Source: Balanoglossus misakiensis
Taxonomy: Eukaryota; Animalia; Hemichordata
Assembly (NCBI GenBank): GCA_040954595.2
Contig: CM082587.2
Coordinates: 7,305,705-7,369,704, forward strand
Length of the DNA: 64,000 nucleotides
Direction of reading: 5' to 3'
The first letter of the stretch is position 1; each line of letters opens with the position of its first letter. The translations under genes were made by a program, and so were the position numbers. Below the pieces are notes generated by a model. That model worked only from the letters and a program-made list of their open reading frames with translations, was not told where the DNA came from and searched no databases. Shown piece by piece: positions 41,380-50,927 of the stretch.

Positions 41380-42941
41380 AGCTCAGTAAAAAATCAACGA
41401 TATATTCAGACAGTAGTTCCCACTCCCAAGTTACCATTCACACACATTTACAAGATTGAACAATGCTCACAGGGGCATGGGACCTGACCTTATGCCAGAA
41501 GGTCAGGTGACACGTACCACGACCCAGTTATAAAGGGGGGATTGTTCGTTTTTACGGCATGGGTGCGGCGGAATGTCAGAAGAACCCATGTTTTTTTTAA
41601 CCAAAGAACTTTGGGGAACTAAATCGTGTGCAGGGCTTAATATTGGATGTTTTCCGCTATCCTATATCGACAAACGATACCAAGTTGAATTTGTGGAGAT
41701 TCTAGAACCAATGTGCGCATGCTTACCAATACAGTTTTAAACTCCTGCAATGGGTGGCTTAATAAACGGGTGAGGCACCCATTAATTATATAACTTGTTC
41801 ATTTCTATGTTTACGGCCACAATCAGAGGCGGGCAATATGTTTGTGTGTATACCCATCAGATTTGCAAAGTGACTTGAGCTGCATGCCCACGAGTGTGCC
41901 ATGCTCTTAGCAATGACAAAACGTTAGATAACGAGAAAAAAATCAAATTTCTCTCCAATTTCTGGCAACCTCTATTGGTGGGCAGGTAGCCACATATACA
42001 TAAGAAAAACTGCACTTTCGTTTGCCATGCATGACTCAACAATAAAGTGAATGAGCGTAGCCAAAAATAGACGAGTGCGTGTTAATTCGTGTTTTTCAAG
42101 CAGACCCATCTTTCATCTTTTTTATTCGTGTAAAATTGAATTCAAGTATTAATACTCTTTACTAACACGGTTGGAACTATTTTAGGATAATTGCATGTAG
42201 ATGAATTGACAGTCAGTATACTCAGCATACAACGTAATGCACTACTACGTATAGGCATAGACCCGTTGTTTTTGTCATATTATCAATATGTAGAATTACT
42301 GTAATTTCCCCATGTGCAACGAAACTACTCATTTTGTTCACATTTTAATCGCATGCAATTATCCCATACACAGTTCCAATCAAACTCGTCGTGGTCGGCG
42401 CAATGCAGTTAAAGCATCAATGTCCACTAAATATCACAGGTTTTATTGGTATTCAGAAACCCTTCACATGTCTTCTGGAAAAATTGGTAAAGGTTACACC
42501 TGCCTACTGGCAGGGAAGAAGAACGCCCTAGCATGACGATACGTGAATGGGGGTCATTATGATAAACTGAGGAGTCTCATGAGGAGGGGGGGGGGGGGCT
42601 TGTATTTCCTTTCAGATTTTGAAAGGGGTGAATCGTTAGTAATGTTATCCCCTAATTATTCCACGTTTTATATCATTGCGAAATTTTAATTCAAATTTTA
42701 TATTCCTTGCTTCCGGTGATAAGTGAATAAATCTTCTCTGCCTTTGCACAGATTTCTGCTCTCTGAAAGTTTTCAAATACTTATTTCATTAGTGCAATAA
42801 ACATTCTCACTTTTGGTAAGAAATATGATGAAATACATATATTTGCAGCGTTAATTGTGTGACGCCAAAGAATGATAAACTGACCTCATGAATTTGAAAT
42901 TCGACAAAGACGTCTTTTGGGGGAAATCTTAACTAAATCTT

Positions 42942-44757
42942 TTACATGTATTTAGCTTTTAACAAAGTGGTATTTTCTTGAATGATTTGTAGGCACAAGT
43001 CGATATGCTTTCGATGAGTTCGAAAACATAAAATACATATTCTGAGGCAATATTTTCCCCTGATCATCACGGATGACATGAAGGTTCTTCCGTCAGCCAA
43101 AATGTTTTCTTGGAGCTCCCTGTTGAATTTGTCGGTCAGGTCATCGTCTTTGGCGTCGTAGTAGAAGACCACTGTACTAAGTTGTGGGTTCAACTTAGAT
43201 ACAAACCCTTCCATAGCTAAAAAAAGAAACGAAATAAATAAATCGTATTTTAACGGTAACGTCGAAAACGTTATTTTAGGGTGGTTGATTACCCTATTTC
43301 AGAAGAAAATACTCGTATTTCTCAATGTGATAGTTTCAGTTGTCAAAATCTAAATATTTCTACAAATTGTCAACATTGGTCCCTTGCATGATTCCCCGTT
43401 TTCCTGACAAAAAGTGAAATTTTAATTTGGCAGCAATGTAGGAAATATCACACCAATAAATATGGTGTTATTTTCATATATTCCCCGTGCGTACTAAACA
43501 TGTGACAATGCATATTACGAAAATCGGTCTCACATGTAATCTTTTCGTGGAAATACTTGGCTAGCACCAGCTTTTCTTCCAGTGCCGTTGCAAACGCTTT
43601 CACGCCAAACAACTTCAACGGGAGCCACATTCTTAGACCCCTATGAAAGAAATCGGGTAAAAAGCGCATTGGACAACATTGGGTTTCCAAAATCAAATTT
43701 TCCGGGGAACATAAACATCATCGCGCGTAGTACATGTGTATATAGCTTGAATTTGAAACATCCCTTTACCTCGAGTGTTTGGTTAGCTCGAACGACAGCT
43801 CGCACGGCGAAAATTCTAGGCCTCCAGCATCTCCGAGATAATTGGTGTCTTTTGCTGTTGAAAAGGCCTTGCGAAGTTTGCAACCATCACGAACCAGTAC
43901 TATTCCTGAGCCATAAGGGAGGAACAGGCCTGAAATGTTATGACCACTTTATATCATCTGCGATTAATTCACACGCGCATAAAACCCTCTAATGCTGTGT
44001 GACACAGAGGTGGGCGGTGGGCGAATCAAGCTGCTTACCTTTATGTGGATCCAAGATGGCCGAATCACTCCTCTCAATTCCCTTGAAAAGATGCTTGACC
44101 TCACCAACCAGAAGAAAGAATCCGCCATACGCCGCGTCCACATGAAGCCACACATTGTATTCCTCCGCCACATCGGCTATTTGGTCAATAGGATCTACAC
44201 AGCCGCTTACAGGGTCGCCCGCACTTGCTAGAATGATAAAAGGTTTCAAACCGTCCTATCAAGGACGAAGAGATATATGTTAAAAGAAACTGGTGATCCT
44301 AAACGACACCCTTTGCCTGTAGCATCTTTTCCCTCGATTTATATGATCGATTAGCAACGCCACAGAGTGTACTTTGGTGTCTGCGCTTTTGTATAGACAC
44401 ACATAATCGTTCGATTATAATCTAGATATTCAATCACCCTTGAGATCAAATAGGAAGAAATTACCTCTTCGTCCTTTGCTATATGTTTCCTCAAACTTTC
44501 CACGTCCATTGTCAAGTTCTCTTCTGTCACGGGGATTTTTCTGACAATGGCGTCGCTCATACCGAGCACTCTGGCGGATTTCTGGAGGCAATCGTGTGCC
44601 ATTTCCGTCACATACACAACAAGTCTTGAAAGAAAAAAACACTTTTGCGTGAACCGTGAATACATATTTTAAGCTTCTTGCTCTGCCAACAATCCTACAT
44701 TTAAATTGCACAACTTAACACGTGACGTGATAGATATATTTTATACAAGAAATGGCG

Positions 44758-44827
<70 letters not shown>

Positions 44828-45795
44828 GAAGAACTGGACACAAATAAGACAATATTAGTACTTGTCATAGTCTTTTCCTTTTATGTTCTTGCTTTCTCGG
44901 GCTGTTGCCACGGCAATAAGAGTTCCCGATGACCCACCACTTGTTAAGTTCCCAGCATGCCCTGGTGGATAGCCACATAGTCCGGCTGCCCAGGAAACCA
45001 ACATATTTTCCAATCGAACCCCTTCCGGCCCCATACTGAAGACTCCTTTTTTAGAAATAAAGGTTATATGGATCTTTCATTAACAAACAAACAAACAAAG
45101 AAACAAACAAACAAACAAACACTATTAATTAATTAATTAATTAATTAATTAATTAATTAATTAATTAATTAATTAATTAATTAATTAATTAATTAAATTA
45201 AATTAAATTGCACAACTTAACTCTGTCCCTTTAATAGACGTGCCTGCTATCCAGTTTGTGTGGCAAAAACTTGGAATGGGTTGAAACATACCGGTATATT
45301 TGTTTGTCGCGGCTGTTAAGAAATCCCCAATGGCCGAAGGAAAGAGTCCTCCTCCTGAAATAAATGCTAAATGCATACCATGAGCAGTTGTAGCGCCTGA
45401 TTTTAAAACAGTCTGCTGATACAAATCCAAAAGCTTATCTGAAAGCGAAACATAGAGAAAATCCAGTCGTCATATAGGCACACGCATATGAATGAACAAT
45501 TGTATGCAATCAACCAGCTAAATTTATTGTGAAAAATATTCGAAAGCAGTAACAACAACACCACAACGTACGCACCTAAACTGGTACCATGGTCTGTGAT
45601 AGGGCTATTTAGAATGCCCGATGTCTCATTGCCACCTTCTCTCATTAACACTTTACAATCCTGAGTTTCCAATCCAGCCAAGAAATTTTCGGCTGCATCC
45701 ATGGTTCTCTTCATTAACTCATGCCGTTCATCATGCCCAGGCTCCAAACACATCGCTCCAGCCTCAAGATCTTCAAGTCTCGCCGACAGGTCCAT
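42942..45795 (-). CDS. Group II PLP-dependent (aromatic amino acid) decarboxylase, microbial-type, copy 1 (~489 aa, 8 coding exons)
   Basis: Exons 45795-45576, 45438-45292, 45045-44862, 44624-44465, 44255-44039, 43929-43770, 43640-43534, 43216-42942 total 1470 nt with consistent phases. Motifs: GNLTSGGS, AHDCLQK, WLHVDAAYGG, DPHKGLFLPYG, NYL loop, ELTKHSRGLRMWLPLKLFG, LRICILCFRTH. Confidence 0.9.
44761..44824. repeat. (GA)n microsatellite
   Basis: Read directly from the sequence. Confidence 0.95.
45083..45205. repeat. Compound (AAAC)n/(TTAA)n microsatellite
   Basis: Read directly; the (TTAA)n part is self-complementary. Confidence 0.92.
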
Positions 45796-47369
45796 TTCCA
45801 CGTCTGATGGATTCCAAAAGAAGTATACTGGGTCTAGTATTGTTAATGTGCCATTTAACCCACCCCAAATCAAAGACTGGTGTATACAAGTACACTGTAC
45901 ATGTACTGATGGATTGTTAAGGCTTGTACCAATGACTATGTATTGACCTAGGACCCCCCCCCTTTTTTTATTGAAGCCACCCTGTTCAACCCCTCGTTCT
46001 CGCACAAGTGGATGCGTTGATTAATTATTCGTCAGCAGCTTGTCAATCTTTTGCTTTTGTTAGTGTCCCCATTTTCCGAGCTCGGTTCCTGCGATGTAAA
46101 GTCCGTCTGTCGATTTTATTTTCACCTTTCTAGGACATTTCGTGGTTATTTGAGATTTAGTATTTCCGAACGAAGGCACGGGCTCTTCAATCTCCTAAAA
46201 CTATAGATTTCAGGGCTGGTTGCAGCTCCGCGGCAAGTGACCGTGTCCAAAAATGCCATGTAAAAAATGCAAAGTATGTACGACGGTTATACCGCAGTGG
46301 TTGACTACTGGAGTGACCTGGACCTAAGTGAACTGTCTCAACAAAGCATGATATTATAATTGCAAGTGGCCCACCTAGTTAGGTTAATGGCGAGGTTTCG
46401 CAGCCCAGCCACTCACGTAGCTGTGCGTTGGTGCATATAGGTATTTAAAAAAATAACCAACACATCCATCCATACAAACACATTCAAAGCATGTTTAAAA
46501 TCATGAACCGAGCCTCAAGTTGAGATAGCAAAGTGCCCATCTTTCATTTCAATACCATAGTCTAATTAAGTAACAATTAAGTAACACAAGTCTAATTAAG
46601 AACGTAAAGAAGCTTACCTTTCGATAATGTGCTTTGGTATGCACAGTAAGCCACAATCACGTGGGGATTGGATTGTAATGTACACGGCGATCGTATCCAA
46701 TTCCCACGTGACTGTGCAGTAAGCAAAACAGTTGACTTCCTCGACCAAGCAGAGCGCACCCATTGGCAGAATTGAGCCAGGGAACTAGTCTGACCGCCCA
46801 TAGATCCCCGAGAAAATTCCAACGCAGGTAAATTATCGATACGTATAGTTCAAGCCATATTCCAAAATTACATTTAGTTCTTATGAAGAAAGTAAGTTTT
46901 CATATCCCAAATACTGGCAACTCAGCTCCATACTTGCAACAATAAAATAATAAGTTTTATAGTTATTGTAGCGTGTTACTTTCAAAATATAGGTCTTGCA
47001 CCCTAATGTATCTTTATTTTACTAGTAATGTCTTTGTTTAAAAAGAAAGCTCTCTCTCCAACCCTCTGTATTTAGCGTTTAAAGGCCATTCATGCACTGC
47101 CATTTGAGGACAAAGAGGGGCAGCTGCCACGATGATGTCATCCTAGATGGAATTCTTGAGGGCAGTTTACACACTTTGGGGTTTGACAAACAGTTGTACC
47201 TGCAGGTATTATTTTGCCACATTCTACCGCATTTCCGTGTTACAGCTTCATTGATAGGAAAGACTATGAAATTAATAATATTTGCAGTTTTAATTCAGTG
47301 ACGCCAGAGAATAATAAAATTCGACAGACGAAGACGTCTTTTTTGAGGGGGGAATCTTAACTATATCTT

Positions 47370-50293
47370 TTACATGTATTTAACTTTTAACAAAGTGGTA
47401 TTTTCTTGAATGATTTGTAGGCACAAATCGATATGCTTTCGATGAGTTCGAAAACATAAAATACATATTCTGAGGAAATATTTTCCCCTAAACATCACGG
47501 ATGACATTAAGACTCTTCCGTCAGCCAAAATGTTTTCTTGAAGCTCCCTGTTGAATTTGTCTGTCAGGTCATCGTCTTTGGCGTCGTAGTAGAAGACCAC
47601 TGTACTAAGCTGTGGGTTTAACTTAGATACAAACCCCTCAATAGCTAGAAAAGAAACGAAAGAAAGAAATCGTATTTTAACGGTAACGTCGAAAACGTTA
47701 TAAAAGGGTGGTCGATTACCCTATTTCAGAAGAAATTCTTTCTCAATATGATAGTTGTAGCTGTCAGAATCATAATATTTCTATAAATTGTCATTCGTCC
47801 CTTGCAAGATGCCCCGTTCTCCTGACAAAAAGTGAAATTTTAATTTGGCAGCAATATATCACACAAATAATACCAATTTTATTTTTCATAGTTTCCCCTT
47901 GGGTACTAAACATTTGACCATGCAAATAATGAAAATCGGTCTCACATGTAATTTTTTCGTGGAAATACTTGGCTAGCACGAGCTTTTCTTCCAGTGCCGT
48001 TGCAAACGCTTTCACGCCAAACAACTTCAGCGGCAGCCACATTCTTAGACCTCTGTGGAAGAAAACAATTGTTGCATATTTTAATCTCCTAATCTCGAAT
48101 GCGCATATATCAAGATGTCTACTATATACAGTACTATGTTGACACAATACGATAAATACTATGACAGAACTTCATGACCTCTGCGCGCGATCTGTGCAAT
48201 ATGGATTTTATTTTCATGAGTGAGAAGGTGTATTCTTCCGAGTATTTTTACGAGCGATAGCGAGTAAAAATGCAGAAGAATACACCTTCTCACGAGTGAA
48301 AATAACATCCATATTGCACAGATCGCGCGCAGAGGTCATGAAGTTCTGTTATTATTGCATATGTTTCCCCAGATTTGACGAAAATCAAAGTTTCGATCGT
48401 GGCGTATTGATTTTCATTACAGTGATGCGCCAAAGGCTATGCAACCCAGAGAAGGCCGCTCATTGGCCAAAATGACGCAACCTTTGTTATGCAAAGAAGG
48501 GTCATGTGGGGTCATTCCATCAGTGGGTTACCTGAGGTCGTGAGATCGCAGCGATAAATTTCGAAACACTGGCGATAGCGAGAAATTTCCGTAATTTTCG
48601 AGGTTCCAAAACACACTGACAACTAAATGTTCTGTTATTCTGACGATAGTTGGGAAGGATAATAAAAGAACGTGCCAGAATGTTGAAAAATCCGCATGTT
48701 TCGGCGATCATGTTGGCTCATTTCATCGGTGGTTTAGCTCAGGTCGCAAGATAGCATCGGCAATATTTGAGAAACTGGCGATAGCGAGGGATATTCCGAG
48801 GTTCCCAAACATACTGCCAAATAATGTTTTGTTATTCTGACAAAATTTGGGAAGGATAAGACAATGGCATCTCCGAATGTTGAAAATTCCCCACGTTTCG
48901 GAGATCATACTCCAGCTCTGCCGACGGCGTTCAATGTTTACAAACAAAACGTAGTCCGGCTTGTTTTTACTCATTTGCATATGGGTTGTGAAAAATACCA
49001 CTTTGTCACGCGCACAACTAAAACAACAATCGGCTTTTTTGCGACTGAAATAAAACTTTTGTTATATCCTCCGGAGGTTTATATGAACTCCAAGTGATTG
49101 TGTAACAGAACGAGGGTTAAACTTTGAAAGATACGATCGATTGAAGGGGAAATGGGGGATCTTATTCTTCTGGATGCTCATTTGCATATGAGCTCGCAAA
49201 AATACCAGAATTATTATTGCACGGCCCGCTTGGAATACTGTGGTACATATGCAATAATTTGTTGTATATTGTCATCAATTCTAAGCAGTAAAACAGTATC
49301 ACCACGTGTGTGGCAGTTCCGTTTGCTGTATCCCAAACACTCTTTTGTGTTCGTACAATTTGCCACCACGAATTTGAAACAAATGCTGGTCCCTTTACCT
49401 GGAGTGTTTGGTTAGCTCGAACGACAGCTCGCACGGCGAAAATTCTAGGTCTCCAGCATCTCCGAGGACATCAGTGTCCTTTGCTGTACTCGTGGATTTT
49501 GCTGTACGCGTGGAGAAGGCATTGTGAAGTTTGCGACCATCGCGAACCACTACTATTCCCGAGCCAGACGGCAGGAACAGGCCTGAAATATTATGGAGGA
49601 AATATACCACCTTCTCATTCAAGTGCCATAGCTGTGGAAACGCTAGTCTGGTCCCCTGCCCCATTCCCACCGCTTGCTGCGCTACACTAAACATTGGAGG
49701 CATCCATCTTGTGGTATTTGTTTCATGATAAATGGCGGGCCAGGTTTTTTTTGGCCAAGATCGGGTCGTACCTGATCCCTTTCCTTTTAGCGTAGCGCAG
49801 CCAGCAGTGGGAATGGGGTAGGGGACCAGACTGTTCCACCAGGGAGGCGGGGGGGGGGGGGGGGGGCGGAGATATGCTAATTACCTAGCGGACATAGCAT
49901 ATCCCCCCCCGCCCGACGGAACAGCTGCGTTTCCACAGCTACAAGAGCCACCGTGAAACCGCAGTTGGAAAAGTTATCCTTAAATTTCAGACCAAAACAA
50001 ACACTTATAGTTTCATCATTGCTTGGGCACACACCAACTTTTTTGAGGTGGGCGGTAGGTGAATCAAGCTGATTACCTTTATGTGGATCCAAGATGGCCG
50101 AATCACTCCTCTCAATTCCCTTGAAAAGATGCTTGACCTCATCAACCAGAAGAAAGAATCCGCCATATGCCGCGTCCACATGAAGCCACACATTGTATTC
50201 CTCCGCCACATCGGCTATTTGGTCAATAGGATCAACAGAGCCGCTCACAGTGTTGCCCGCATTGGCAACAATGATAAAAGGCTTCAAACCGTC
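47370..50293 (-). CDS. PLP decarboxylase copy 2 (exons 5-8 only in window; intact gene or truncated pseudogene unresolved)
   Basis: Exons 50293-50077, 49582-49399, 48052-47946, 47644-47370 have the same phases as copy 1, open frames and canonical splice sites; exons 1-4 are not seen before the satellite. Confidence 0.75.
48164..49258 (-). mobile_element. IR-body-IR-hairpin element C (reverse orientation)
   Basis: Hairpin 48164-48349 (loop GAGCGATAGCGA), then 14-bp perfect inverted repeats 48351-48364 and 49245-49258; the host intron is 1346 bp versus 129 bp in paralog copy 1. Confidence 0.78.
49629..49941. mobile_element. Nested MITEs in decarboxylase copy 2 intron 5
   Basis: Outer 15-bp TIRs TAGCTGTGGAAACGC / GCGTTTCCACAGCTA; inner element 49645-49832 with ~45-bp imperfect TIRs AGTCTGGTCCCCTGCCCCATTCCCAC. 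Confidence 0.75.
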
Positions 50294-50678
50294 CTGTCAA
50301 AAAACAAATATAGATATATATTTTAAAAGAAACTGGCAATCTTAAAAGACACCCTTTGCCGGTAACATCTTTTCCCTCGATGTATATGATCGATTAGCAG
50401 CGCCAAAGATATACTCTGATGTCTTCTGTACAGACAGTACACAAAATTTTTCATTTGTTATAGATTGGTTTCTCGCAAAACTGGACTTGCAGCGCGAGTT
50501 CCCATGACGACGTTTAAAGTAAGTCTTGTGGGAAATGCGCGCCATTTCCCTTACAAAAGATCAGCTGCCTCAGAGGCATGGCAGAAGACTATCATCGTTT
50601 GCAAGTTATGATGCATCAGACATTTAAAAAAATATCGAGGTCATACGCGCAGCGGTTTTCAAGTTTTTGATGTGGACG

Positions 50679-50927
50679 GACATACATACATACATACATA
50701 CATACATACATACATACATACATACATACATACATACATACATACATACATACATACATACATACATACATACATACATACATACATACATACATACATA
50801 CATACCTACATACATACATACCTACATACATACATACATACATACATACATACATACATACATACATACCTACATACATAAATACATACATACATACATA
50901 CATTCATACATACATACATACATACAT
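50679..50927. repeat. (TACA)n microsatellite
   Basis: Read directly; about 60 units abutting the satellite. Confidence 0.97.

Noticed and set aside
45796-46005. N-terminal extension of decarboxylase copy 1 in the 200-aa ORF
   Set aside because: A splice acceptor (TTCTTTTGGAATCCATCAG) lies just upstream of ATG 45795, and family similarity starts at MDLSARL; the upstream part is likely intron.
42942-50293. Bacterial contamination
   Set aside because: Canonical spliceosomal introns with consistent phases, host-type MITEs and contiguity with animal genes.
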